In this document: positions 1 through 14,347 of the stretch, piece by piece | Position numbering within the stretch: position 1 is the first letter of the stretch | Layout: every line of letters starts with the position of its first letter | Origin: Amphiscolops sp. MND2022 | Lineage: Eukaryota | DNA length: 64,000 nt | Direction: 5' to 3' | Assembly (NCBI GenBank): GCA_964187785.1 | Contig: OZ076413.1 | Span: forward strand, 50,532,001-50,596,000 | Translations under genes and position numbers: made by a program | The notes under the pieces: generated by a model | Told to the model about the DNA's origin: nothing | Seen by the model: the letters and a program-made list of their open reading frames with translations, nothing else | Databases searched by the model: none

Positions 1-933
1 TGTAGTAAGAATTTGGCAAGATCTTGCCAAGACAGCCAAGATGCTAGTAGGAGGGTCATCTCGGGTGCCTACTGTACATCGCGGCTCGCGTACACGGCAA
101 TTTCATTCTTTCTATAATCTTGAATGTCTATTTGTGAAAAGTTGATTGTCGATTTAATTGCAAAACTGTCGCCAACAACGGCGTCAGAAAAGCCTTGAGC
201 TGAATCATTACCCAAATTAGAGCAATGACCGCCGTTTCTAGCAGTAATAAGGCTGCTGAAACAGGCTCAAAGAAAGCTCGAAGTATGATTTTTACTAAAA
301 TTTCAGGATTTTAAGGTCTTTCCTTTGTAACTTTCCGATAGTGGGTCTGGACGTTTGAGAGCATATTTCTCCGCCTCTGGAATCGACAGGAGTGATAAAT
401 TACAAGTTTTGAAAAGCCCTTGAAATGACCTTTCATTTGGTACATTCGCATTTCTCAGTCCTAAACAGGTGAGCAGTTATTAGGATTCTCGTCAAAATTT
501 TGTAAGCCAGACTACGTTATCGTAATTTTTCACGCATTTTTGCATGCAAAATTTTTTCAGCAGGTTTAAGCATTTTGATTATGAAAACGAGTAGAAATGG
601 TCGTTGTTGGTTGATATGAGCCTATAGATTGAGTCTCGGCTGCCTGTACCGAAGGTATAGTGTTTTTTATAATCTTAAAATTTTGTCCATCGTGATAAGA
701 TACGATCTTGGAATAAGTATTATCTTAGTAAGATCTTAATAAGAATCTTGCCATGGGATCCATAGTTGCCAAGATGTAGTAAGAATTTGGCAATATCTTG
801 CCAAGACAGCCAAGATGCTAGTAAGAGGGTCATCTCGGGTGCCTACAGTACATCGCGGCTCGCGTACACGGCAATTTCATTCTTTCTATAATCTTGAATG
901 TCTATTTGTGAAAAGTTGATTGTCGATTTAATT
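1..933. repeat. Direct repeat: 1-158 recurs at 775-933 (period ~774 bp); probably the end of a tandem duplication extending left of the window
   Basis: TGTAGTAAGAATTTGGCAA...GATTGTCGATTTAATT occurs at 1 and 775 with only a few substitutions. Confidence 0.85.
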
Positions 934-3139
934 TAATTAACCAATCACAAACAAGCTGTTACCGAGCGATTCAAATGTTGAATGACGTTTATTAAATTTT
1001 TAGCGTCATACACTGTAGTATTAATTGCTGCAGAACTTCTTGAGTGCAGAAGTAAATTTTTGAAAATTTAAATAACCTTCGGATTCTACAGTGATGTGAA
1101 GAAAGAATGCGACTTAGCTGCTCAAAAAGGCTAATTTTGCATTCTCATATCTTCAAAACTATTCGAAATGGTTCAATTTGATAAAAACAAAAGTTTCTTG
1201 AATTTTTGCTATGAATACAATGGTTTTTGTTTGAAATTTCAATCATCATTGTTTCCGAATTTAAAAACATGTGATTTTGGGAGGAAAATATTCAAAATTG
1301 TTAATTTTTGAGAAAATATCAGTGATCCAATAAAAATATCTTGATAAATTTTGTCTTGCAGATACTCTCAAATCTCTCGAAAACGAAGATGTAATTTGAT
1401 TTTGGATATAGTTGGAAAATGTATATTGATGGGAGTTTTACCAAGTGTAAGTCTGAAATTCCTATCCTAATACATGTATTTTCAATTTTACTGAACGAAA
1501 AAGTGCTCCCATTTTTGTTTGCTTGGTGATTTCCACAAACAAAAAACTATCATGGGATTGAGAAAAATCAGAGATTTTTTTGGTATAATTTTCATCTAAA
1601 AAATATCCCCGAAAGACGGTAAATTATTGAAAATACTTATTTTTGCGAGCAATCGAAGCCCGTTAAACCAATGAGATTTGAGTAGCGATGTTTTGTGAAC
1701 CAATCAGATTAGAGAATTCTTTGCATTCTGAGCAACTAAGTCGCATTCTTTCTTCACACCACTTTATAATGAAATAAAAATTTTCAATAATTTTCCATGA
1801 TTCACAATTCATTTTTTTGAAAAGTGTGAAAATTTTTGGAAATAGTGACTGATTATCCAAAATTGCCTCCACCGGTGGTCACTGCTGGTTTGCGGTGGAG
1901 TGCCAGTACGGGTAGTTAAATGAAAACTCTGAAAACTTAATGATATAGAAAACATCTAGCAGGCGAAATTTCATTGAAAAATTTTCATTCAAAAACTAGA
2001 AAAAATTTTCCTAAAACAAATCTTTGGGGTCATTACTTCATAAATGATCTTGATCGCTGCAACCTAAACTAGATCCAAATTGTTTTCGCACACGACTGGA
2101 GAACTGTTTTCTTGACATAAGATTGCTTGCCAAAAAAACTGACTGCTAGCAAATGGATTGACAGTTATCCTAAAACTTGTGGGCTCCAAATGAGGCTATT
2201 TTAAAAAAAAATTTCATCAAAACATTTTCTGTTTGAACAGCAAAACTTTTTCTTCAAGAATTCCAGATAAAAGTTGATGAAATTTGCATGTCGTTCTGAG
2301 AGGTGCAAAGTTTCGTAATTTAAGCTGATTTCAGATTATATTCTGTGGCTGAAAGACGTCGCGTAATAACTTCGGAAACTCAAAAAAAAATCTGAATATT
2401 CGCTGAAACATTTTATACGCCTAGTGACCATTTCCTAATTCAACGACAAATGCCCGCCTTGACTGGCCCAGGAAAAACAATTATTTTGCGAAAAAAAAGC
2501 GAAATTGCCGAAAACCACTAAATTGCCGAAGTCAACCTATTTAGCAAACTCTTTCGATTTCGCTTTATTTGAAAGAAATTGAGTGGGACTATTTGAAGAA
2601 CTCTGTTTCTGAAACACAGTAGTAGTTGAAAACTCTGTATTTCTCAAAAATGAAACAAAATCGCTAATACTGGCTCTACTTGAATCATATTGAATAATAT
2701 TTTTCGATTGGGACTTCTGATAAAACAAAGTGACGGTAAAATAAATAAGACTACGTTTGAAAATTGGGAAAATTTGACACTTTTGATTTTAATGCCACTT
2801 TTGGACCAACATTTCTTGACAATGAATGCAAAACGCGAAATTCGCCTCCACTTAAATCATTCTAAGCATAACTATTTTAAAGAAACTTAAAGGAACACTT
2901 AGTTCGAAAGCCAGAAAATTTTAAATGTTTGAAAAACGATTTTCTAACTTGAGTAAAGTTTTAGCGTTTTGATGTCGGAAAAAGAATGGCCACAAATTTT
3001 CTCCGTCGTAGAAGAAAACTTGCTAATGACCTGGTCATATCTATGTAATACTATCAATTTGAGGTCCAACGTGCAAGTTCTTGATGTTTCAGGCAAAATT
3101 TGCAAAACGAAAGAGTACTTTCTAGCAGAATAACCTAAC

Positions 3140-3338
3140 CTTTGCAGAATATTGGAAGAATTAGCTGAAAGACCCGGCGTGCAGCGTCTCTGCTCATTTT
3201 GCCAGTCATTGACCATTGCCGGCATTATTTTGTTGTTTTTCAGGTACTCCATAGCACTTTCCAGGGAACCGCCCACGCAGCAGCTCTGCTCGGGTGCGCA
3301 GTCCAATATTTGTTGGGCACTCAAGGACGTCAAATAAC
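3140..3338 (-). CDS. Exon 3 of papain-family (C1A, cathepsin L-like) protein
   Basis: Acceptor TTTATCTAG|GT at 3339/3338 joins phase-1 to the previous exon, giving RYRG-YLTSLSAQQILDC...CVGG, which matches cathepsin L GKLVSLSEQQLVDC...GCNGG. Candidate donor AAAG|GTTAGG at 3140/3139 (less certain). Confidence 0.85.
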
Positions 3339-4647
3339 CTAGATAAATTCAAATTTATAAAAAGGCGTTGTTTAATCAAATTGTTTTAAAAAGGTCATTA
3401 ATCATTTAAAAATTTTTCACAATACAGCTCAAATAGTTTTACTTTATGCATAGATACTATTTGCGCAATCTGAAATCTTTTTGAAGATAACTTCATAACT
3501 TTGGTATTTGAACATACAGTAAGCCTTCTAAAATATCGCAACCTACTGTAATTGCATAAAATATTTTGCCATATGGCAAAATTCAAAACCAAATATCATA
3601 TCTCGTAAGCTGTCACGAATACAAACATGGGCCAGCTAGGAAATTTTCATAGAATTTTATCTAGCTCACAAAAATGTTTGTTTGAAATTTCTGCAACAAA
3701 AATTACAAAAATTAGAAATTGTAAATTTTGACAAAATTTCATCAAATTTGCACTTTTTCTTGATTTTCACAAAGTTTAAAAAATATTTTTGGAAACTTTT
3801 CAGTCAATCATTTGCCCCCAAATCTCTTGAGGATGCTTTGAACGGTATTCATGATATTCAGTAAAAGATCAGTTGATCCAAGTGAGCTAATAAAAACAGG
3901 TCATTACGCAGCAGTCATTGTTGTTCACCGATAAAAAATCAAACGATTAGGGAAATTTATCGGTGAACTTTTCTTAAGAGAAGTTGAACCAACAAAAGTT
4001 TACTTCGTAACATTTGTAAGCAGGTCACACGCAATCATTTTTGTCAATCATTCCAAATGACCTCTCATTGTGTAAACTTTTCCTCAACTAAGGATGATTC
4101 GGAACTTCAAAAGAAAGTCTAGACAACTTTACAAAGCAGTTTGTTTACACTTCAAATGTGCGATTTTTTTGCGTCGCGGAAAAATTGTCAACTAAAATGA
4201 CTTGTTGATTTGCCGTGATAGTTGTTTTCGAACGTCGACAAACTTTGAGATTTTGAAAGTCCGCAATTTTTAAAGTCCGCAATTTTCAAGTGATGCATTT
4301 TCTTTGGTTCACTTACCAAGGTAATCTACTACATATGTAGTAGATATGACTTGCAAAAGTTTCGCAAAACTTTGACAACGTTAACATGTGGAAACAAGAT
4401 GTCAAAAGATGTCTAAATTTAGATCAACATCTGCTTCGAGGATAATATCAGGCTATTTCAACAGGTTTTGTTGAAATTAAATCAAGAAATTACTGTTTTC
4501 AGGCACTGAGGTGTTTGGTCACGAATAATTTTTTCAAGCTGTATTTGAAATCTAACTGTTAAAATTTATTCTGCACTTTTTTATTGACAGCCCAGATCAG
4601 CTCAAGTTTCGTTTCTACTGGTGTTTTCTTTACGAAAAACAGTTTTT

Positions 4648-5166
4648 AGTCGGCGCTTTTCGAAGAAAAACGCAGACTATAGTAGTGACTTTTTTTTCAA
4701 GACCAACGAACTGACAGATTTTATAAATTTTATAAGTAAGCACTAACACTGCTGTCTGGCACTAACATTGTCTGGCACTAACACTAAACCACACTGGCAT
4801 AGAGGTTACGGCTTTTTGAGGTCTGCCAAGCGGAAGGACATGGGTTCGAGTCCCGCCCTTGACCAATTTTTTTTGTGTAGATTTTTTTCGGCTTTGTGAG
4901 ACTTTTTTTCGCAATTCTTTTAATGTCTCCGAAGGGTCCACCCTTCATTTTTTTCCTATTTTGCAAAAGAATGGATGTTGAAAAACAGCCAAAGGGCCCC
5001 TTTTACATTTTTCGGTACAATGCGACTTACCAGAAACTTCAAAAAAATTCAAAAATTTTTTGGAATTTTTTTTGGGTGCTGTAGAGGAGAGTACTTGACA
5101 CTTTGAAGTCCTTTTGCTATTTTTGAGCCTCAGATATGGCGCCGACTTGGGCCGTTCCCGGCTTGT
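4648..5166 (+). mobile_element. Non-autonomous Helentron/HINE-like element, family 1
   Basis: 5' AGTCGGCGC (4648) and subterminal inverted GCGCCGACT (5139-5147), then hairpin GCCG-TTCC-CGGC and TTGTT end; T-run flanks; internal CACTAACA/TGTCTGG microrepeat and B-box-like GGTTCGAGTCCC. Confidence 0.6.
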
Positions 5167-6106
5167 TTTTCAATTGCAGTGTACAAGTAATACGTCTACC
5201 AGTTTTAGGGACCATCTAGTACTAGACCGCAGAAAAATAACGCCTGAAATTTTTAAGCAGTATATTTTCGAAATGTTTGTCAACCACTATTTTAAAAACT
5301 TTGTGACCTAGTTAGGTTCAAGGTACTTTTCAAGTTAGATTTTCCTCTAGTCGAACTTACAGGAAAGTTTTCTATGCTGCATTCATGCATGCATGCTAAA
5401 CTACATGCTTATAAGAACTATTATTGTGGCTTTTTGGTTCACATGGTAGTGAAGTTCTATCGACTAAGTTTTTAATACGCCCATATTTTTAGATGCGTCA
5501 CATAGTATTAGTAACGAAAAAATTACCAAATAAATCAAAAAACGGAACATATCAAACTTTTGAGCCCTCGATAAATGAAGCAATTGTTTTATAAGATGAA
5601 CTGCAGATTTCGAAGAAGTTTAGAAACGTTTAAACGTTTCTGAACGTCTTCGAAAAATGCGCTTCATCTTGTCAGTAAGTGAAAGTTATGCCTCGTCTTC
5701 CTTCGGTGTGGAAACATTTTACGCATCAAAAACATAAATAAAATGACTGGTCGAGACGTCTTCTACTTGTAGCCTGCAAAAACACGGTACATGTAAAAGT
5801 TTCTTCGAACTTAACAACGTGAAAATTTCTCAAGTATGTAAAAAACTTTCAAACGTTTCGGTTCACTTTGTCGCCTGTCAATCTTCCAGAACGTCATCAG
5901 TAATGAGGACAACATCAGACAGATTTGGCAGGTTCATTGAACTTGAATCAAGTTATTGTAATAAAAAACTCATATCTTACCACAAGCAATTGTACAGCGC
6001 ATTTCGGATTTTTATTCGAAAGCCCAGTCAAGACGCAAAAAAGTACCACATATGCCTAACAGATGCCCCAAAAACGTAACATTTTTCTAAAGATTTCTCA
6101 AAGACT

Positions 6107-6822
6107 AACAAGATGGGAACGTCTAAAGTCGGTGCTATATCTGAAGCTCAAAAAGCGCAGCTTCTAAAATATGCCCAAGACGTTTTCATGGAAAACTCAG
6201 AAAAAACTTTCAAAACACCGTAAAGATGCCTTTCGTAATCGAAAAAAGTTTCAGAAGTTCGGATATAGCGTGCTGAGAGAAACGTGAGTCCTTTTTTCGA
6301 TCCTACGCCTCCTCAAAAAAAACGCAAACTTCTTCGGATATAACGTCAAAAATTGGGATATAGCCATTTTCTCCGGATACTAGGTCATATATTTGATTAT
6401 TATTGAAAGAAATATTTGTGGGTAAACATTGAAACAACATGATTTTAGACGAAAAATGAGAAGTTAAAACAGTCTCATAAGGTCAAAAAATGTAAAATTG
6501 AGACACTTTGGGCTTTTTGAAACTCCAGGTTGTTGCAAAATTTCTTTAAAAATGAAAAAGAACATTTGAAAACGTTGAAAGCCTTAAATAAATATCAAAA
6601 AACGTTTTCAAAAAATTGAAAAGGGATCTTGAGACTCGGCAAATGCACGAAAAAATGTCTGGCTGAAACAGGGACTCGCCCCGCCAGAGTTGTGTTCCCC
6701 CTAAGCAGATTTAAAGTCTGTACTAAAAAGTGGTACATACATGGTGAGCTCTGTGGTCTAACAAAAAAAGAAAAAAAGCTACTGTAATAGTGGACACTTT
6801 TCTCTTAGGAAAAGCGCCAACT
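6107..6822 (-). mobile_element. Diverged inverted copy of HINE-like family 1
   Basis: AACAAGATGGGAACGTCTAAAGTCGGTGCTATATCTGAAGCTCAAAAA and AAAAGCGCCAACT are near reverse complements of the two termini of 4648-5166. Confidence 0.55.
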
Positions 6823-6829
6823 GAAAAGA

Positions 6830-9800
6830 CCCAACCACAACAGTTCAGAAAAGAGTGATTGGGCTGTCGATCAACCGAAGGGACAGCTCATACTCGAACT
6901 GGTCAACTTCTTCAATCATAGAAAAAACAAGGAACTGACAAATTATAACATCATTTATTATGTCATACTTGAGTTCAGACCATAGAGGTAACAATGCATA
7001 TGACAGCTAAGTACCTGTCAACATTGATGTTTATGCTTGTACATGCATATCGTATTATAGTACTGCATTCGGATAAGATTTATTCAGAATAAATCAAGAA
7101 TAGCAATACATTGTTACAAGCTACACTTCCTTTTATCTTGATCTTACGATGCGATGGAACATGGCACAGTCAAATTGAACGAAATGGAAAACAGCAAAAA
7201 TTTGGAAAGCACAAGTTCCTCAAATTGAGAAACTTCAGAACGGGGAACCACAGAAAATGAGAAAACCCATCAAACGATTACTTTACCTACCTTCGAGAAA
7301 AGGGAAATCGATTGGCCAAACTGTGGTGGCGTAGATTTACACAGTACATAAGATGACCCAAAACATCGATCTGAAAAGCATGTCTATCGACCGAGAAATA
7401 CTGGAACATAATCGAGATGAAATTGAAACAACGGATCAAAGATTTCTTCAAATGGGCACTGGGCGAATCTGCCACCACAGAGATTACAAGAACCTTTCGA
7501 GATAACGATCCGAACAGAATGGATAATAACCAACTAAATTCATTATTTAGACTACATATTATTCCAGAAGGCAGTAAATTTCACAGCAGAGCCAATTTCT
7601 TTGGAATCACACGAGAGAAAAGTGAAACAGCCGAAGATGTCTGGACACGAATCTTACAAGTGGAAAAGAACTGTGAACTTGAAAACGCAACCCCTGGAGA
7701 ACTAATCGCTTCAAAATTTCCATCATTAAGTGGAAGATCAACGGGCGATAACGAAATAAAAAAGAAAATACGAAAAAGCGACATGACTATTGAAACAATT
7801 ACGAACTTGGTACACAAATACATGTATGATAGATTAAACGAATAAACAATTCATACGATGAGAAGGAAATACAACACATCCAGAAATGAGAATACAAACG
7901 GAAATGGTCTGATAAATCTAGTTACGGAAGACCCAGAAAAAACCGGACAGTCAAAAACCAAAATATAAAGACAACCGGTGCGGACAATGTGGTGCACCTA
8001 ATTGGTCAAGAATGCACAACTTCCCAGCAAAATCCGCAGAATGTCGTTTTTGCAAAAGGAGGGGACATTACGACAAGATGTGCAGATCATTGAAGAAAAA
8101 CAACTTATTGAAAGAAAGTCATCATCGGCAGCAGAAGACAACTGGGATCACAATAAGATTCAGAAAATAAATGGCAGCGTTCAGAGAGTATTCTATATTA
8201 CAACGCTATTCCTTAATGAGAGACCAATAAAACTAATATTAAACAGCGGATCACCTGTAAAACTAATCTCAAACTGCCTATTTACCAAAACAACTGAAGT
8301 TGAACCACTAATTACCACTTAAAGAGATGTAAACAACCAACTAATCGACATCACTAGACAAACGAAAGCAAAAATGAAAACTAACAACAAAATGATAGAC
8401 TTACCAAAACTGATAACAAAAGCAACAACATCACCGTTGATGGGATTAGATTGGATGCAACGGCTGGGAGTACAACTCAACACCGACAACAGCGAAATAC
8501 AAATACATAACAAAGAAATGGACTATACTGGAAAAAAACAGCCCGACTAAAGAACGAATTCAATGATCTTTCCTACAAAACCAAAGAGATCAAAGATCTA
8601 TCAGTAACAATCAATCTAAAAGAAGGGGTACAAATAACACAACAAAAGGGATGACCAATACCAATACACCTACAAGATTAAGTAGCAAAAGAACTAAAAC
8701 GATTGATCGAAAATGGATACCTGGAAATAGCCACCGAAAGAGCCGAAGACTGTTTTGTGAGCCCCGCAATAAAAACAGTAAAGAAGCACAAATCAATCAA
8801 AATAGCGCTAGACTCACGAAAACTGAAAGAAACACAACAGAGCAAAAAGCACAAATACCAAACATGGAAACATTAATTTCAAGAATCGCAAGAAAAATAT
8901 CGGAAAGAGAAGACAGTGAAATTCTGTAAACAAAGTTAGATTTCAATTATGCATATGGACAAATCAAACTGGACGAAAAGGCGAAAAATTTGTGCATATT
9001 TACTAGCACAGGTGGAGAATTCACTGAACACTACCGCTTCTTGAAAGGGTTTTGTGGACTGGCAGACTTTCCAACAATTTTCCAATAAGGCATCGATACA
9101 ACGTTGGAATACAAATACCCCGCATGTCTTCACGATATAAAATGAGTAACAAAAAGAGATGTGAAGGAACACGAAGCAGAAATTAGGGAAACAATGAAAA
9201 AACTAGAAAACGCAGGATACTGAATAAATCCAAAAAAAGTGGCAGTTCTTAAAACGGGATATCTAATGGGTGAGACATAAAACCAACAGGCTAGGAATAC
9301 GACCATTACAAGTTAAACTGGAAGCAAAAACAAAAATAATTACACCAGAAAACGAAGAGGAATGAAAATCTTTCGTGGGAGCAATTTAAGACCTCTCAAA
9401 ACATATCGAGAATCTATCGCCTAACACTGACATTCTGAGAAAGTTTCTGAAGAAACAAAACGAATAGAATTGGACCGAAAAACATACCAACGCATTCGAC
9501 ATATCAAAGGAATACATAACGAATATTCTATGTCTGGGACACTATAACGCAGATAACGAAAATATTTTAACAACAGACGCCCTTACAAAAAGATTGGGAG
9601 CAACACTGTGGCAACAACATAAAGATGGTAATTTGAATCCAGTCGATTTTGCGAGTAGATTCTCATCGAACACTGCGAAGAAATGCCCAATAAATGTACT
9701 GGAGCTTCTCGCTGTAGTATGGGCACTGGAATTTTTCAGGCTCCATATGTACGGACAACCAATTGGATTATTGAGAGACCACCAAGCCCTAGAACCACTA

Positions 9801-10862
9801 AGAGAAATAGATCAAATAAAACATACAGCGCGAGACTAACACGTTGGCTAGATAGACTGGCACATTTTGACACAAAGAAAAAACACATCGCAAGAAAACA
9901 CTTGGGATTAACAGATTTTTTGAGCAGAAATCCAGTGTCAAAATCAGAGCCAAAAGAAAATTACGACGAAGAGTACGCAATTAATTGCATGATACCATTA
10001 CTTGAGTTCATCAACACTCACCGCAGCATTAACGAGTCAAAGATGAAAGAAACGCGAGCGGACCATTCAAAGAAGTGTAAACAAAAAATCAACCAATCAC
10101 AGAACTGCTACCAAAACAAACCAAAGCCAAGGGACGGTAAAGCGAAAAATCGCAGTTCGTTGCTATCAACTCAGCAGAAAGTTTCACACGTGAAAATTCA
10201 CGAACACAAAAAAATTAGATTGGATTACAAAAAGATCGAACAATTAGACAAAGAAGACATCACAGCAGAAACACTCGTCCATCTCAATTACTTAAAAACA
10301 TCACCAAATGTTAAAACCAATGTTATTTCAGCGAAACACTGCACTTGTACACATTCGCGAATAACGAGGGGCATTATGATCAAGTGGTGATGAAAACACG
10401 GCGCAAACTCAAAGAAGACGTTAGTAACAAATTCCCATACCTCTTTTTCGGAAACGAAAGTAAACAAAAACAATTTCGGAAGTGCATGCGACACTAAACC
10501 AGAAGTAGCAGTAGCCGGAACAAAACACGCAATTACGACGGATAAAAATAATATAATACATCGGAAAAGAATAAGCAAACCGTTGAAATCTACACTTCAG
10601 AATCCATTTTCCAGACGAGGAGAAAATCCGCGAGGACCAGACGGTTGTTTTACATCAGTAACCCTGAACCAATCAGAGACGACAACGGACGCGGAACAGC
10701 CAATGAGAGAAATCACTCCCATTCTGGAAGAAAGCATGCTCGAGACAACATTACAAAGCCCCACTGAAGTAAGCCCCATATAAGTCAGATCAAATCACGA
10801 ATAGCAATACATTGTTACAAGCTATACTTCCTTTTATCTTGATCTTACGATACGATAGAACA
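6830..10862 (+). mobile_element. Decayed Ty3/Gypsy LTR retrotransposon (gag, protease, RT, RNase H remnants; integrase not evident) inside cathepsin intron 2, antisense to the host gene
   Basis: LTR end 7084-7161 is repeated at 10785-10862; PBS-like TGGCACAGTC at 7162; gag zinc knuckles (CGQCG..., CRFCKRRGHYDKMC); protease-like LILNSGSP; RNase H ELLAVVW..DHQAL; RLTRWLDRLAHFD..TDFLSR; many stops and frameshifts. Left boundary approximate. Confidence 0.85.
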
Positions 10863-11877
10863 CAGATATCTTTGAGTCAAAAGATAATTGGACTTCCATG
10901 GATACCTTGAAACAGGGTTAGAGCCGAAAGATACATAATAATGTACTAGTCCGCAAAAGTAAATACCAGCAGTGTTTTCAGTACAACTGTATGTCAGTAC
11001 ACAAAAGTCAGTATACTTAATCCGAAGGTTCGAGGCATCCTTCGTTTAAAATTTGACTATAGTCAAATCTTAAACGAAGGATGTTTCGAACCTTCAGATT
11101 AAGCCCAGAATAGATTACGGCTAAAATGGAGCTCTCAATGGGTATACGCATTGAGAGCTCTATTTTAGATGATTTATAGTGAAAATGAAAGATTTTCTTT
11201 GCCTTGTAAAGAAACACTAAAATTTTGAAGAATGAAATGAAAGAATACTTAATCTCTTCAAGTATTACAAATTCCGTGCTTCAAATTCGTGCGATTCGTT
11301 TATTATTAACTTAAAATGTTCAGAATTTTGCACATCTCTCTCTCTCTCTCTGTCGTCACTCAATATGACACCTGCTCGAATTGAGCCAAGTTTACACGTC
11401 AAAAGTGGGTGTCAAGGAAAATAAGAGATTGATATCTCACAAGAGTTCACTAGTAAGACTGTATGGTGAAAGAATGCCTGTTCGGTGCCCTCGAGGTCGG
11501 AGCCGAACCTGGGGTAGTAGTGCTTAGTAGAACCTTAACTTTTTCGATGAAACGGTTGCTTCCGTTGCCCTAAAATTTGTCAGTGATGTTCTCTCAGAGG
11601 CAATGTTTTTTGAGAACATGGCGATCATTTACGTTTCATTCGAAACAATTGAATATCCTCATACTTTGTTTCTTTGAAATTCATACAAAATAACAACTAT
11701 ACCTATTCTAGATGAAAAAATTCATCATGGAAATATGGCAATTAGAACTCCATTATCAGTCAATTACTCTATCGCGCTTCAACAACGTTTGCTACAGAAG
11801 ATGAGTTTTGTTGCTTTTTTCGATTCCAATGTTCAGTTACTTTCAAAAACTTGACCTGGTTACGAATATTGACCAAC

Positions 11878-12169
11878 CTCGGTAGCGACGACAATGTTGG
11901 CCCTCTAAGACCCCTGCTGCTGCAAAACATGTACTGCAGTCACAGTCTTTCTGGTTTTTCACAGGGGTCACCATACCCATACCTCTCCAGTCTACATATT
12001 CTGGCAAATCTTCCGCACTCGGTACGACATGGGTGCCTTTTGCTTCTATAGGCTTCGCTCCGGACATTTTAATCTCAAACTGAGCTGCAGTCAAGTCTGC
12101 GAAAGGGTTCATATAACTAGTTAAGTAGGTGTCCAGCCCATTTTCGTAAGCTTCATTCTGTGACATTAC
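11878..12169 (-). CDS. Exon 2 of papain-family (cathepsin L-like) protein: end of I29 propeptide and start of mature domain
   Basis: Acceptor TTTTTGTTTAG|GTA (phase 0) and donor G|GTTGGT (phase 1). Encodes NPFADLT (GNFD-like), LPEYVDWR..GMVTPVKNQ and LEGQ. Confidence 0.92.
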
Positions 12170-12959
12170 CTAAACAAAAATACTTCTCAATTGTGGAATT
12201 TTTACAGTCACTTCGTTCCTTTTCCAGATGGACTCGAATGCGACGGAAAGGTCTGCTATGTAATGGCACCCTCTGAGACAGCAAAATTAGTCGATATTGG
12301 AATTTTGGATTTGAACATGTTCAGAAAATTTCTGAAAAATTCTAATTCGATGTTCGACGTGGCACTGAGCATGTGATTGCTCTTTTCGCGCAGGTACTTC
12401 GACAACAATACCGAAGATCGAAAAAACTCGTAAGGCCAGCCGCCCGAACAGACGCCAGAGACTGCAAAAAACCTCTGAAATTAGACTCTTTTGAAGGTGC
12501 TAACCTTGATTTCAGCAGTATGCTACATTAAGTAGCGAAAACCGTAAAAATGAGTCTTTTCGTCTAATTCACAAATCTGTGCCTGTGGTGCCCCAGCTTG
12601 CGAGCTGAATGTGGATGTTGCCAAATCGCCGTTGTGGACGAGATTGCTGTACATTGTTGTAAGTTTATGGCTACTTTGACAATTTTAGATCTTATTTCGT
12701 AATTTTAGATATTATTCCCCAAGTCACCCTGAATAACAAAAATTTAACATAATTTCCTTTCGGAACGTTTTTAAAGGCTGTCTAAGTGATGGTTTCGAAG
12801 AAAAAGCGTAATTCGCGCTACTGACAGCAATTAAAGACTGGATCAGGCCGGCGAGCACTTCACAAGAAGCGGAATCCTCCTCTGACGGGACAGTTTTTAC
12901 CCGAAAGAAGCAAAATGAGCTCATGGTCATGGGCGCCTGTCCCGGGCAAATACCCATAT

Positions 12960-13370
12960 CATGCGTTCCTCTAACTCTTATGGTTACGGCGACAATGGTG
13001 AGAGCTTGTCGTTACACTATATTGCAGATATAGTCCAGTGTAGAGACTGCTGGCTTCTGAAGGAAGAGGTCAGGTTTCGATTCGCTCTTGGTGCTATTTT
13101 TTCCTACATTTTTATTTATTAATAAAATCCAACGGTCCGCTTTTTTTGGCACTTTTTGATGTTTTCTCATTCCACCAATGAGTCACGTTTTGTTTCTTTT
13201 TAAACTTTTCCGTTCTCTATTTTCAGTTATCTATCAGCGCCAAGGTAACCTTTAATGTTGTATGGCAGTTTGAGTGATTTCTGGTTTCATTCAAATATCG
13301 TCCGAAGTTATTTAGAATACTTTGCACTGTTTAGGTCATATGCGGGACCCCGACTTTAGCAGTTTTCAGC
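12960..13370 (+). repeat. tRNA-derived/HINE-like interspersed repeat
   Basis: A-box-like TAGTCCAGTG (~13031), B-box-like GGTTTCGATTC (~13073), and a 3' end CCGACTTTAG..CAG..TTTTCAGCTG resembling family 1 ends. Confidence 0.35.
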
Positions 13371-14140
13371 TGAATGGTACTGCAGTCTTCTGTTCTATTG
13401 ATGTCAAAAGTTTCAACACCCACCCCCCCCCCGTGTATATAGTTTGAGTTTGAGTTTGGATACAAGTAGAGGCTGGTAAACTTGAAAAAAAAACAGCAAA
13501 CGCGTGAAATGATTTCTGAGTGCTCATTGCCATCTTTATTTTACATCTGAAAAAACTATATAATTCTTCAAAAAGTTTTGTTTTCAATATATGATGCTTA
13601 TATCTCTATCATGACTGTTGCGAATTTATTACCTAGTGTCTTTTTCGACTGAGCTTTTTTGGTTTTTCCATCAAATTTCAGTCTATCCAAGTCAAACCTA
13701 AGACCTTTTCTCTCATACGTTTTCAAATGCTATTTTGAGGCTGATTTTCCGAGATTATCAAAATGCACCTGAAGAGTAGCAATTACAGACTTGGAAGTTC
13801 AATAGAAAGTTTTGCGCGGAAGATCATCTCAAGGACGTCTTCAAAAGCAACATGACTCTTGCGTCAGCGCTTCTGAATTCTACAATGTAAACTCCTCGGA
13901 AATAATTCAAATTAGTTGCCTCAAAAAATCCAGACAAAATATACCCTTGGATGTATAACTAGGGTGCATAACTAAGGTGTATGCATTATCTAGGTAAATA
14001 TACCTAAATAAAACATCCCAAAATTGTAGGTGTACCGAACATGTAAAACTCATTGGCAGAAATCAACTTCATAGATTTTAATGTCTCTTCGAGAACACTT
14101 TGGTTTTCTGAATTTCTAATCGAAAATAGCGAAAATGAAC

Positions 14141-14347
14141 CTTTTCTCTGTTTTCTGTGAAGATCATGAATTTTTCTGCTTCTTCTTCGTACGTGTAATA
14201 CACTTTGTTGAAGGCCATCTTCCATCGTATCCAATCAGTGACCAGAACATCACGATCCGCGTCATAGAACCCCCCATAAAATGCACTCGGGTTGTGTGAC
14301 ATCGATGTTGACCAAACTATCAATAATGCTCTAAGAAACTCATACAT
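14141..14347 (-). CDS. Exon 1 of papain-family (cathepsin L-like) protein: signal peptide and I29 propeptide
   Basis: ATG at 14347, hydrophobic N-terminus (FLRALLIVW), W..WK..FNKVY, donor AAG|GTTCAT. Splicing to exon 2 reconstitutes an ERFNIN-like motif E(EAE)K(FMI)F(TE)N(REK)V(MSQ)N. Confidence 0.88.

Noticed and set aside
1..3139. Remaining cathepsin exons (His and NSWG motifs)
   Set aside because: Not found by eye on the minus strand; presumably left of the window or lost
11843..12166. Calling the gene silicatein
   Set aside because: Only the Cys-to-Ser change is shared; surrounding residues differ from the silicatein-type CGASYAF and the diagnostic C-terminal region is not visible
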